Program-made: the position numbers and the translations under genes
The notes under the pieces: model-generated
What the model saw: the letters and a program-made list of their open reading frames with translations, nothing else
The model's database searches: none
Told to the model about the DNA's origin: nothing
DNA from: Nemertoderma westbladi
Taxonomy: Eukaryota > Animalia > Xenacoelomorpha
Direction of reading: 5' to 3'
Length of the DNA: 64,000 bases
Assembly: GCA_032718475.1 (NCBI GenBank)
Contig: JAUCBJ010008889.1
Coordinates: forward strand, 1-64,000
Part shown: piece after piece, positions 11,634 to 21,671 of the stretch
Layout of the letters: every line of letters begins with the position of its first letter
Position numbering within the stretch: position 1 is the stretch's first letter

Positions 11634-12213
11634 AGATAATTTGTAGCCTTGACTGTTGTCTAACTGTTGTTAAGTCTGAACGGATTGCAGTGTGTGTAGA
11701 GCATCTGTCTGATAAAGTGCTAGTTAGGAATGTAGGGGCTTCAAATGCTGTGAGGTAAACCCCCTTTGAAAGAATAAGTCGTACTACTAGGTTAGAACGC
11801 ATACTAACTAATCATTTCGGAGTCTGCATATACTATAGTTTATTTAGGCTTGATAGTAGTCTGCCATCGTTTGGTCTGTACTTTGTTTGTGTAGTCTGTA
11901 CAGGTAGCGTATAATTCTTATTTAGATAATTTGTAGGCTGGATAGTTGTCTGGCTGTTGTTAGGTCTGAGGAAATTTCGGTGTGTGTAGAGTGTATGTCC
12001 GATAAAGTGCCAGTTGGGAACGTAGGGGCTTCCAGCGCTGTGAGGTAAACCCCCTCTGAAAGAATAAGTCGTACTACTAGGTTAGAACGCATACTAACTA
12101 ACCATTTCGGAGTCTGCATATACCGTAGTTTGTTTAGGCTTGATAGTAGTCTGTCAGTATTTGGTCTGCATTTTGTTTGAGTAGTCTGTACGCGTAGCGT
12201 AATATTTATTATT
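11634..12213 (+). repeat. Diverged ~290-bp tandem duplication in the BEL 5' leader
   Basis: AGATAATTTGTAG...GTAGCGT occurs at 11634 and 11924. Confidence 0.9.
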
Positions 12214-13555
12214 CAGAGTTTATGCTATTATTCGCAACATTCATATCCCCAAGTTTATTCCTACAGTAATTGTGCTTGTTATACATACCGTTATAGTTAA
12301 ACTAACCCCGGTACTACATCAGGGCTGCTTGGCGTAGGTAAAGACTGGAGATTTTATGCTTTGGTCACTCCGGCAGATACCGTGGTTCTTTTAGCTGTTC
12401 AAGTATTTTTAACTACTGATTATTTGTTGTACAAGTACTTGTACCTAATTTAGGGTTTAGTGTACAGTGCTTTCCGAAGGTAATTATCGTGTAGGCAGCA
12501 TATTTGTGTTGTAAAGTGGTTAATAGGCACGTTGGTTCTGGTAGACCGTGGTAATTAACTTCTGGGTAGGAACACTCCGTGATACATAATGTAGTACTTA
12601 TAGCGATATGGCTATAAGTCGTCAGACGGTGGTATTTTCCTATCTGGACAACGCAGTATATTTACTACTACTTATTATTTTCAAATACCGTAGTACCCTG
12701 TCCGTAGTAATAACCAGATATTCTAACCCTTTGTTAGGCTGGTTAGTAGACTTCTTGTAAAATTACCCTAAAAATTCGTATTTGTGTATTTGTAATTTTT
12801 TTTTTGTGTTTATTTAGAGATTGTAATCTCAACCCGAATTGTACGTAATTTGTAGTATTAAGTAACTTAGGTAAATTAGAATTATTTGTTTTAGTGTCCA
12901 ACAAGTAGCACTTCACTGAGAGCGCACCGCTTCTGTGTAGTGACTCCCCCCAGAAATAATAACATTTATTTCAAATATTGACAAAACCCATTTTAACGGG
13001 TATATATATTATAAATCAACTCTAAGATTTATAAATGGTAGGCCTGCCATACAACAATTAGGTCTAAATATCAGTTGGACTACTGCTTAAATAACGGTAA
13101 TAAAGTAAGTTAAAGTAACCAAGTAACCCCTACAAATTCAGAAATTCAATTATTTAAAATAATTGACATACCAGTATTTACCATAGGCTTATTATATTTA
13201 TTTCTATAAATTTAGGCTGAAATTATACCGGTATTCTGTAATTAATTCTAGTCTGTAATTATACTTATATATATACACTATAAGTGTAAGCTGTATACCG
13301 GTTTTCACGATAGGCCTATTATATATTTATATATATTTGTGCTGGAATTACATACCGGTATCCTGTGACAAACCTAGTCTGTAATAATACTTATATATAT
13401 ACTATAAGCATACCGGTATTCTAATATATTATATATATATCACGCTACACTGAGTAGCAGTATCGGTAATTAATTACTAGGCTAACAGTGATACTGAATT
13501 ACTAGACTTGCTTAAACTGTAATATAGCAGTAGGCATTCAACTGTACAAACCAAC

Positions 13556-16500
13556 ATGTCTGACACAAAGCAAAATCTGTCAGACAGTCTCCTAGATACA
13601 ACCATATGTGACCTAGACAGGAGTGTGGAACGTGTTAAACAGAAGTTCAACTCACCTCCTACTGTAAGAAAGATCATTCCCCCAGTAGTAATATCAGAAC
13701 CCAGGCTGGTCCAACACCGTAGATCTATCATAGGCACTAGAGCTCAGGTCAAGCGGGACCAAGAAGCAGCGGAACAACAACAACTCACGAGCCAAGAACT
13801 TATTTCTCAACGGTCCGACAGCTCCAGTAGTGAGGATACTGTAGAGCTGACACCCGAGCGCGGAGCAAAGATGACGGATGCGGTTTATTCGGATCCCCTT
13901 CTCATCCTTCCTGCAGCCGTACTCACTAGGTTATTGATTGTGGTGGAAGAACACCAGATCGATTGGGCGAGAAGTAAGCGATCGACTAAAGATAGTTATG
14001 CGGGATATACAAGGGAAGAACTTAAGTCTATTGTCGAGTCGCAATGGAACTTCCCCGGACCCGGACTCCCGTTTGATTTATCAGAAGCTGCCTGGGAAGA
14101 TATACACAGGATGGGAGTAACCAAGGAAACCGTCGATCCAGCTGTGTGGAAGAGGTCCGCAGCCGGATACGTACAGGGATTCGTAAGCTCTATGGAGCGA
14201 GTAGAAAAACAACTGTTTCAACAACCCCAAGGACCTCAAGAGCAGGGACAACTGCTTTATCAAGTTAGAGAAAGAATTCTACGAATCAGGCTAATCTTAT
14301 CAGCCTTTGAGGAGGCTTCTAAAAGAAGACAAGACACGTCGTTGCAAGTTGCCGTAAAGACTTGGTTTCAACGGGTGAGCCTCCAGGTGCAGGGAACGAC
14401 TCAGTGGAAAGCCCAACTGGAAGAGCGCTCAACCCATGGAGAATCAACAGACGCTACTTTTTCCCAAGTGGAAAGTGAAGCGACGGCAGAGAAGCCGCAT
14501 AAGAGGGATGCCATTGACATCTATCTGTCGGACTATCAACGTTTTGTAGGAGATGAAGAGTTGAGGAGAAGACTAGAGGGGCTTAGCCCTAATAGTGAAG
14601 GAGCCCAGCGTGTGTTGGACGCAATCGATGTGGATAGGTTAGCTGCGAACCAAGCTAAATTCAATGAAAGCATCCGCATTGCTAAGGTTCAAGAAGAACA
14701 AGTAAAGAAAAAACGTATAGAAGACAGAAAGATAGCAGCAGTGGCAGCAGCAGTGGCAGCGGCAGAAGCGGAAAGAAAGGCTGTAGAAGCGGAAAGAAAA
14801 GCAGCCGAAGTGGAAAGAAAAGCAGCAGTGGCAGCGGCAGAAGCGGAAAGAAAGGCTGTAGAAGCGGAAATAAAAGCAGCCAAAGTGGAAAGAAAAGCGG
14901 CAGCGGCAGAGGCAGAAGCGGAAAGAAAAGCAGCCGAAGTGGAAAGAAAAGCGGCAGAGGCAGTGGCAGAAGCAGAACGAAAGGCGTCTGAAGAGACTGC
15001 CCAACTAGAGTTGGAAAATCTTCAAGAGAAGCAAGACAACTTTAATAAACAGTTAACAGCTAGTAATATGCAGATGATGAATCGATCTACTCCCAAAAGG
15101 CAAGGTTATACATCATCTGAGGAAGGCAATACCACAGATCAGGAAGGCGGAGGAAATCGATCTCGCCTAAGCAGACGTAAAAGAATGTCCCACCGTCAGA
15201 AATTGCCTGATTTGCCCCCAGCTGTTCGAAGGCAACTAAATAACACAAATTTAGGTAGTACAGAACCCACAGACCAAATAATTAAAATAGAAAGACTCCC
15301 TACTATAGTAGATGAGCCTGAAATAATTAGGCCTGTTCTTGAAATCACCCCTTCGGTGATAGAGACACCTGTACTCCCAGAACCTACCTTTAAATTCCCT
15401 TTACACAGCACCAAATTATCTGTGCCTAGAGGAACAGCCCCTGAAACAGTGTCGGTCCTGGACTCCAAGCGAAATATAAAGGATATATCGCCCGTAGTCC
15501 CTCGTCTGCCCGCTACGACGTTAGCGGATCCTGCTTCGGCGGTTGATTGGGTAGACGAGAGACGGCGGGGGATGGATATTCTCCTCGGAAAGATGGAGGA
15601 GAATCGAGTGCGCTCCTCCCAACAGGTCCGAGAGTTAGAAGGGACTGTTCAACAGTTAAAGGGAACCGTAAAGGAAAGTAGGTTAGAGTTGCAAGAAGTG
15701 CAGCAAAGTATCGCGCTAGAACGCGATAAATTAGCAAATTTACAAAAGGGTATACCACCACCCCCGGTAACAATGTGTCAACCTGTTAGGTCTGAAGTAT
15801 CTCATGCGCAAGGTGTGGAGCCTACACGCATATATACTGCTAGCGAAGTAGAAACTCCTATAGTGAACCCTATTAAGGGTAATTATAGACCTGTTGATAA
15901 TGATATTCCCTATAGACCTGATCATAATCCGAGAAATTTATATACCGATAACTCGATATTGAATAACACGATGGCCCAAGAAAGTTTTACGTGTCAAATG
16001 GCTAGAACCGAAGCCCGGCAAGCGGTAAAGGTGGGAGAGATCGTCAAGTTCAATGGAGATGAGATGAAATGGTTACCTTTTAATGAATATTACAAAGATA
16101 ACATACAGAACTCTGTACTATCTAATGGAGAGAAACTTAGATTCCTCATCGAGTGCTTGGAAGGATCTCCCAAGTTAATGGCGTTAAAGTTTATTGGACA
16201 TCCAGACGGATTAAGACAAGTTTGGGATACACTGAACATCAGGTATGGTAATAGGAATAACATAGCTAAATATTTGTATGCAAAATTAGTAGCGCCCCGA
16301 AAGTTCATTAGCAGCGGGATAATAGAGTTTTCCGATGAGATTCAGGAGATCTGTAGACAATTAGATTGGTTAGGTAAGTCTCATGAATATCAGAGTTCTA
16401 TGGTTATTGGAGCCGTGGCCTCTACTTTACCGAAGGGTGGAGTAGGTACACGCTGGGATAAGAAAGTGTTATATATGATGGAACAACAACAACGAGACCC

Positions 16501-17092
16501 TACCATGGCTGATCTCATGTCATTCTTGGATGGCGAAGTGAAATTACAGCTCATAAAGCAGTCCAGAGAGAAGACACCGGAAAACAAGGTAAGTGAGAAA
16601 CCCGTCTCTAGGAGAAAGGTAACACCAGTGTGTTATACAGACGGCGGCGAAAGCCAGACTTCTCAAGGAGAGGATAGCAGGAAAGACACTGAAAGATCTT
16701 ATTATGTCAATAAAACGCCTAAAGAACCGGTAAGTAAATTCAAGTCTCGAACCAATGACAGGAGAGAACAGGTAAGAAAAACTCCTCCTACGTCTCCCAA
16801 GAGAATTCAGGTGAGAAAGCCCGAAGAAAGAACGAGTGTGCACAATGTTATTCAAAATAAGGTAAGTAACATCAAACCGAAATGTGCGCTATGTGACGGG
16901 ACTCACCGTTTGAATATGTGTGATGAATTCCTGAAGAAATCATTAGCGGAGAGACGGGAAGTCATGTGGGATAAGCGTTTGTGTTATAATTGCCTCAGAC
17001 AAGGACACCAACGGCGAACCTGTTACTCCGACACAAGGTGTGCAAAGTGCGGTGCGAAACATCATATCTTGTTGCACACTGAATTCGAGTGA
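13556..17092 (+). CDS. gag: BEL/Pao Gag, 1178 aa, with a long N-terminal extension and coiled-coil repeat
   Basis: DUF1759-like KFNGDEMKWLPF..LSNGEKLRFLIECLEG; BEL-type triple knuckle CALCDGTHRLNMC / CYNCLRQGHQRRTC / CAKCGAKHHILLH. Confidence 0.93.
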   Translation: MSDTKQNLSDSLLDTTICDLDRSVERVKQKFNSPPTVRKIIPPVVISEPRLVQHRRSIIGTRAQVKRDQEAAEQQQLTSQELISQRSDSSSSEDTVELTPERGAKMTDAVYSDPLLILPAAVLTRLLIVVEEHQIDWARSKRSTKDSYAGYTREELKSIVESQWNFPGPGLPFDLSEAAWEDIHRMGVTKETVDPAVWKRSAAGYVQGFVSSMERVEKQLFQQPQGPQEQGQLLYQVRERILRIRLILSAFEEASKRRQDTSLQVAVKTWFQRVSLQVQGTTQWKAQLEERSTHGESTDATFSQVESEATAEKPHKRDAIDIYLSDYQRFVGDEELRRRLEGLSPNSEGAQRVLDAIDVDRLAANQAKFNESIRIAKVQEEQVKKKRIEDRKIAAVAAAVAAAEAERKAVEAERKAAEVERKAAVAAAEAERKAVEAEIKAAKVERKAAAAEAEAERKAAEVERKAAEAVAEAERKASEETAQLELENLQEKQDNFNKQLTASNMQMMNRSTPKRQGYTSSEEGNTTDQEGGGNRSRLSRRKRMSHRQKLPDLPPAVRRQLNNTNLGSTEPTDQIIKIERLPTIVDEPEIIRPVLEITPSVIETPVLPEPTFKFPLHSTKLSVPRGTAPETVSVLDSKRNIKDISPVVPRLPATTLADPASAVDWVDERRRGMDILLGKMEENRVRSSQQVRELEGTVQQLKGTVKESRLELQEVQQSIALERDKLANLQKGIPPPPVTMCQPVRSEVSHAQGVEPTRIYTASEVETPIVNPIKGNYRPVDNDIPYRPDHNPRNLYTDNSILNNTMAQESFTCQMARTEARQAVKVGEIVKFNGDEMKWLPFNEYYKDNIQNSVLSNGEKLRFLIECLEGSPKLMALKFIGHPDGLRQVWDTLNIRYGNRNNIAKYLYAKLVAPRKFISSGIIEFSDEIQEICRQLDWLGKSHEYQSSMVIGAVASTLPKGGVGTRWDKKVLYMMEQQQRDPTMADLMSFLDGEVKLQLIKQSREKTPENKVSEKPVSRRKVTPVCYTDGGESQTSQGEDSRKDTERSYYVNKTPKEPVSKFKSRTNDRREQVRKTPPTSPKRIQVRKPEERTSVHNVIQNKVSNIKPKCALCDGTHRLNMCDEFLKKSLAERREVMWDKRLCYNCLRQGHQRRTCYSDTRCAKCGAKHHILLHTEFE
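14735..14990 (+). repeat. Coding minisatellite in gag (AAEAERKA / AAEVERKA)
   Basis: GCAGAAGCGGAAAGAAAGGC-like units repeated in frame. Confidence 0.9.
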
Positions 17093-17252
17093 AATAGTCC
17101 GAGTCAGGTAAGTGATTCCGAACTACATGTCCAATTCAGTGATGTGAACGACACTGATCAATCTGAGATGGAAGGATTCTATACGGACGAGTTCTCCGAT
17201 GAAAACGAATCCTGTTACATGATAAATACCGCAGTGTATCGAGCACTCACGT

Positions 17253-20200
17253 ATGAAAAAGATACAGACAGCACACCTCACCCTAACTACTTCTGATCGA
17301 CAACCATCTTGGAAAGCGCCATCTTCCAATGTAGGAATCCGAGCATTTCCTGTAGTACAGGTAAGGGTCCACGGACCTAAAAGGAGTTATGTAGTGAACG
17401 CCCTCCTTGACTCCGGTAGTACAGGAACATTCATCGACAAAGAACTAGCCGAAGACATCTTTGCTGGACAACCCAAGTTCCGAACTAAGCTAAACATGTC
17501 AGGAATTATGCAGGTTTGGAAATCTACAGTAATTGCGGATTATTATGTAGGTGCGTTGTCCACCCCCCAGGATGAACTAGGAGAACATAGTATAAGGTCA
17601 GTAAAAATGGTGGCGATAAAGAACTTCACTACCACCCAAGTGGAACCTTATAACTGGGATGAGGACGATTTCACCCAGCAGCTGGAAATACCTAGATTCA
17701 ACACCGATTACCCTGGAGTGCAAATACTCATCGGTCAAAACGCGCATGAAGCGCTCGAGACATTGGAGAAACGGCCCGCTCAACCGCGACCACTACAAGC
17801 TTATGCGGGAAGAACTAGAGTGGGTTGGTACTTTACTGGCCCTTCCCGTAGAACTCTCATGGAAAGATTACCGAAAGACCAGGTATGTCAAGTGAGAGAA
17901 TGGGAAGTCGAGGGCAGTGAGTTAGATGATCTAACTGAGGGAACACCATACTCCTCAGATAATGACGATGTCCACCAACTTTTCGATGAGGAGAACACCA
18001 TCGATCTCCTTAAGGAAAACGAGACTTGGCAAAACCAAGTGAACTTATGTCAGCTCCTTCTTCCATCAGAACGAGACGACTATAACGACGAACTTAATGA
18101 CGTCATTGAACGATATAATGCCAAGACTCGGGATGAACATGCCGTACGATTCTTTACTCAAGAGGCTGTAGAGCCCAATTCCTACGATAAGGCCCTATCG
18201 GTAGAGGAAGAAAGAGGCAAGCAGATCCAAGAGACAACTACACGTTTTCTTAAAGATCAAGGTAGATATGAGATCGGTTTACCTTTCCGAAAGCGAGAAC
18301 CAAAGTTCGTAAACAACAGACCCTTGGCGGAGAAAAGAATTGCTCAACTACATCGACGCCTTACGGCAAATTCTTCAGCTAAAGAAATGTATCAAACGCA
18401 GTTGAAGAAGTTTATTAGCAAGGGATATGCGGAGCTAGTACCGGAAGAAACACCTATAACTGAGAGAACGTATTATTTAACTCACCATTACGTTCCCAAA
18501 CCCGGTAAACCACATGAGGTACGGGTGGTGTTTGACGGCTCCGCCCTCTATATGGGCCAATCCCTTAATTCTGAATTGCTACCCGGACCCAACTTACTCC
18601 AATCATTGTTGGGAATACTTTTAAGATTAAGACAATATTCCATTGCTTTCGCCTCAGATATAGAAGGCATGTTCTTACAAGTCAAAGCGCTGGATAGGGA
18701 TCGAGACAGCCTACGATTTCTGTGGTGGCCTGAAGGAGACCTCAATCAGAAACCGGTGGAGTACTGGATGACCATCCAGGCTTTTGGGATAATCTCGAGC
18801 CCTTCAAACGCCTGTTCCGTGGTGCGCACCACTGCGGATGACAACCGAGACGCCTTCTCTAAAGAGGTGATTGACAACATTAAGCGGGATATATACATGG
18901 ACGACAATCTAAAGTCCCTTCCATCAGTCGAAGAAGCCATCGATGTCGCTAAAGGAACGGTAGAGTGCTTAAAAAGAGGTGGATTTCGATTAACTAAATT
19001 CACCAGCAACTCCCGTGAGTTTCTGGAGTCGATCCCGGTAGAAGATCGAGGAGCAAAAGACCTGGATCTAATAAAAGATGATCTCCCAGAAACTAAGACC
19101 CTTGGTTTGAAATGGGACACCGAAAGAGATATCCTGTTTTTCCAACTAAAACAGCGAGATAATCCAGTTCGGACTAAACGGATTTGTTTAAGTATCCTGA
19201 GCACTTATTTCGATCCATTGGGATTTATTAGCCCAGTTATATTGATTGCTCGGAGTCTAGTACAACAAATGTGGCTTGAAAACCACTCATGGGACGATCC
19301 ACTTAAGGGAGAATTATTAAAGAAGTGGATGAAATGGGAAGATTCTCTACCAGCCATCGAGAACTTTATAATTTCCCGTTCATATTTTGGTCATGTTCTC
19401 CCTACGTATTCCTATCAACTCCATGTGTTTGGAGACGCCAGCGATATGGGAATAGGTATAGTAGCCTACCTAAGGGAGGAAACTCCGGACGGAATCAAAG
19501 TCGCCTTGGTTACTTCTAAGACATTGATAAACAATAAGTTGAAAGTTCCTCGAGCGGAGTTAAAAGCGGCTCTATACGCTACAGCCATCGGCCGGAATGT
19601 AACAGAACAGATCGACTATCCACTGGAGAAAACTGTATATTGGACCGACGCTTTACTCGTGTTGGAGTATATAACCAATGAAGTCTGTCAGTTCAGCGTC
19701 TTCGTTACCAACAGAGTAGCCATTATACTCAGTCGCACAACGATGGATCAATGGAGACATTGCCCCGGAACGATTAATCCAGCAGACATCGCCTCCAGGG
19801 GAGCAACTCCACAAGAACTGGTAGACACTCCAGACTGGTTAGGTGGACCCGACTTCCTCTACAAAGAAGAAGAAGAATGGCCTCCTTATCTTACTACAGC
19901 AGAGATTAGACAGGCCAAGGGAGCGGAGAAAGTCAAACCTAAAACTCGGGCGAGTAAATCGAAGTTATTCAAACCCATGGTAGATCTGTCTGTACTACAT
20001 ATTTCCGGAGACGACGCTTTGGATCAGAAATCCACAGCCACAAATAAACTTGTTGTGGAAATCCGTGAGAAGGATTGGAAATCTGGAATACCAGACGTCT
20101 CGCAAGGACTCTCACCTCTTCTGCAGAGAGCGATACATCACTACAGTTCCTGGAATCGGCTCTGTAAGGCCGTTACATATTTAAAGAGATGTTTTCACCA

Positions 20201-21671
20201 TCACTACTCCGGGATGAAGGCCAAAGGTGATACCGTTCCAATAACATCAGTGCAGGTCCATGTTATTAAAGATCTTCCCAAATATAAGATACCCGACAGG
20301 TTTCTGAAGGAGAAGATCAGTTATCAGGAGCATGAAGAAACCAACAAGCAGATGCTGAGACTCCTGCAATGCTATGAGGATTCCGATAAGTATTTCCTGT
20401 TGTTGAGAAATCCACAGATGCGCTTAAGGGATCGTTTCTCTAGCACAATGATAGATGGGTTGATACGTGTTGGAGGAAGATTAACGAATGCTCCACTATC
20501 CTTTGACACTAAGTTTCCCATACTCATTAGAAATCTTGAAATACAAGTCAAGATGATTGTAGACGTTCACAGCAAACTTTATCATGCTGGTAGGGAACGA
20601 GTTCTTAGCGAAATTCGAACTCGCTATTATTTTTATAAACCTCGTAGAGCTCTGAACCAAGTTCTTAGGAACTGCATACCCTGTAGGAAAGCATTCAGTA
20701 GGCCTTTAACACAGCGAGAGGCAGAATTACCTAGGGAACGAGTAAGCTTCTATGAACCACCCTTTACTAATACCGGTGTGGATTTATTTGGCCCTATTGA
20801 AGTATATCGTGCTAGGACTATAGTCAAGAGATGGTGTGTCATCTTTGTTTGTATGACTTGTAGAGCTATCCATCTCGACATGGTGAACGATTTATCTACC
20901 AACAGCTTTCTATTAAGCTTACGACGACAGATCGCTCGCTTTGGCACTAGTAACACGATGAGATCTGATAAGGGAACAAACTTCATTGGTGCCAACAATG
21001 AAATCAAAGCTTACGTCAAAGATTGGAACCAAAGACAGGTGGACGATCAGCTACGAGTAACAGCGTCTAGCTGGACCTTCAACGCCGCCGACGCCCCTTG
21101 GTGGGGAGGAAGTTGGGAGAGATTAATAAGAAGTGTGAAGACAGCATTTCACTTTATAGTGCCTTGCCGCGCGTATCTCACCGACGAACTTTTGCGGACG
21201 TTAATGGAGGAAATCGCCGCCTATCTCAACGAGAGACTGCTTATGCCAGTCTCATCGAGTCCCGATTCCCTGGAAGCGCTAACACCCGCGCATTTCCTAC
21301 TAAAGAAACCTGTAGCCATGCTCCCACAATCGGAAATCACAGACGGAGACGAATACTGCCGGCAAACTTGGCAACTCATGCAGTTGTTATCCTGTCGTTT
21401 CGCTGATCATTTTGAAAAACATCATCTGCCCATGCTACAACTTCGAACTAAGTGGTTTGCGCAGCAAGAAAACGTCAGCGCTGGAGACATGGTTCTTATT
21501 GTGGATGTAGATCTTCCACGTAAGCGGTGGCAGACAGGTCGTATCATCGAGACTCACATCTCTGATGATGGTTTGGTGCGATCGGTAGAACTCGTCGTCA
21601 TGCGACGTAACTTCAAGAAACCGGGAATTGTCTTCGAGACGCAGCAGCTCAATCGCCCAGTTGGTACCTAA
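17253..21671 (+). CDS. pol: BEL/Pao Pol (protease, RT, RNase H, integrase)
   Basis: ALLDSGST (PR); RVVFDGS, SDIEGMFLQ, YMDD (RT); HVFGDAS, PRAEL, WTDA (RH); H-H..CIPC, GVDLFGP, RSDKGTNF, WERLIRSVK (IN). Confidence 0.97.
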   Translation: MKKIQTAHLTLTTSDRQPSWKAPSSNVGIRAFPVVQVRVHGPKRSYVVNALLDSGSTGTFIDKELAEDIFAGQPKFRTKLNMSGIMQVWKSTVIADYYVGALSTPQDELGEHSIRSVKMVAIKNFTTTQVEPYNWDEDDFTQQLEIPRFNTDYPGVQILIGQNAHEALETLEKRPAQPRPLQAYAGRTRVGWYFTGPSRRTLMERLPKDQVCQVREWEVEGSELDDLTEGTPYSSDNDDVHQLFDEENTIDLLKENETWQNQVNLCQLLLPSERDDYNDELNDVIERYNAKTRDEHAVRFFTQEAVEPNSYDKALSVEEERGKQIQETTTRFLKDQGRYEIGLPFRKREPKFVNNRPLAEKRIAQLHRRLTANSSAKEMYQTQLKKFISKGYAELVPEETPITERTYYLTHHYVPKPGKPHEVRVVFDGSALYMGQSLNSELLPGPNLLQSLLGILLRLRQYSIAFASDIEGMFLQVKALDRDRDSLRFLWWPEGDLNQKPVEYWMTIQAFGIISSPSNACSVVRTTADDNRDAFSKEVIDNIKRDIYMDDNLKSLPSVEEAIDVAKGTVECLKRGGFRLTKFTSNSREFLESIPVEDRGAKDLDLIKDDLPETKTLGLKWDTERDILFFQLKQRDNPVRTKRICLSILSTYFDPLGFISPVILIARSLVQQMWLENHSWDDPLKGELLKKWMKWEDSLPAIENFIISRSYFGHVLPTYSYQLHVFGDASDMGIGIVAYLREETPDGIKVALVTSKTLINNKLKVPRAELKAALYATAIGRNVTEQIDYPLEKTVYWTDALLVLEYITNEVCQFSVFVTNRVAIILSRTTMDQWRHCPGTINPADIASRGATPQELVDTPDWLGGPDFLYKEEEEWPPYLTTAEIRQAKGAEKVKPKTRASKSKLFKPMVDLSVLHISGDDALDQKSTATNKLVVEIREKDWKSGIPDVSQGLSPLLQRAIHHYSSWNRLCKAVTYLKRCFHHHYSGMKAKGDTVPITSVQVHVIKDLPKYKIPDRFLKEKISYQEHEETNKQMLRLLQCYEDSDKYFLLLRNPQMRLRDRFSSTMIDGLIRVGGRLTNAPLSFDTKFPILIRNLEIQVKMIVDVHSKLYHAGRERVLSEIRTRYYFYKPRRALNQVLRNCIPCRKAFSRPLTQREAELPRERVSFYEPPFTNTGVDLFGPIEVYRARTIVKRWCVIFVCMTCRAIHLDMVNDLSTNSFLLSLRRQIARFGTSNTMRSDKGTNFIGANNEIKAYVKDWNQRQVDDQLRVTASSWTFNAADAPWWGGSWERLIRSVKTAFHFIVPCRAYLTDELLRTLMEEIAAYLNERLLMPVSSSPDSLEALTPAHFLLKKPVAMLPQSEITDGDEYCRQTWQLMQLLSCRFADHFEKHHLPMLQLRTKWFAQQENVSAGDMVLIVDVDLPRKRWQTGRIIETHISDDGLVRSVELVVMRRNFKKPGIVFETQQLNRPVGT

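Noticed and set aside
10142-11990. Treating the whole 1.85-kb duplicated block as the LTR
   Set aside because: It does not end in CA at a TSD. The true terminus GCGCGAACA is at 11284, 27219 and 28144.
12360-12380. TGGTCACTCCGGCAG as a tRNA PBS
   Set aside because: It lies over 1 kb from the TSD-defined LTR end, is not preceded by an LTR terminus, and matches no tRNA I recognise.
14639-15004. Cys/Phe-rich antisense ORF
   Set aside because: It is the antisense reading of the gag minisatellite.
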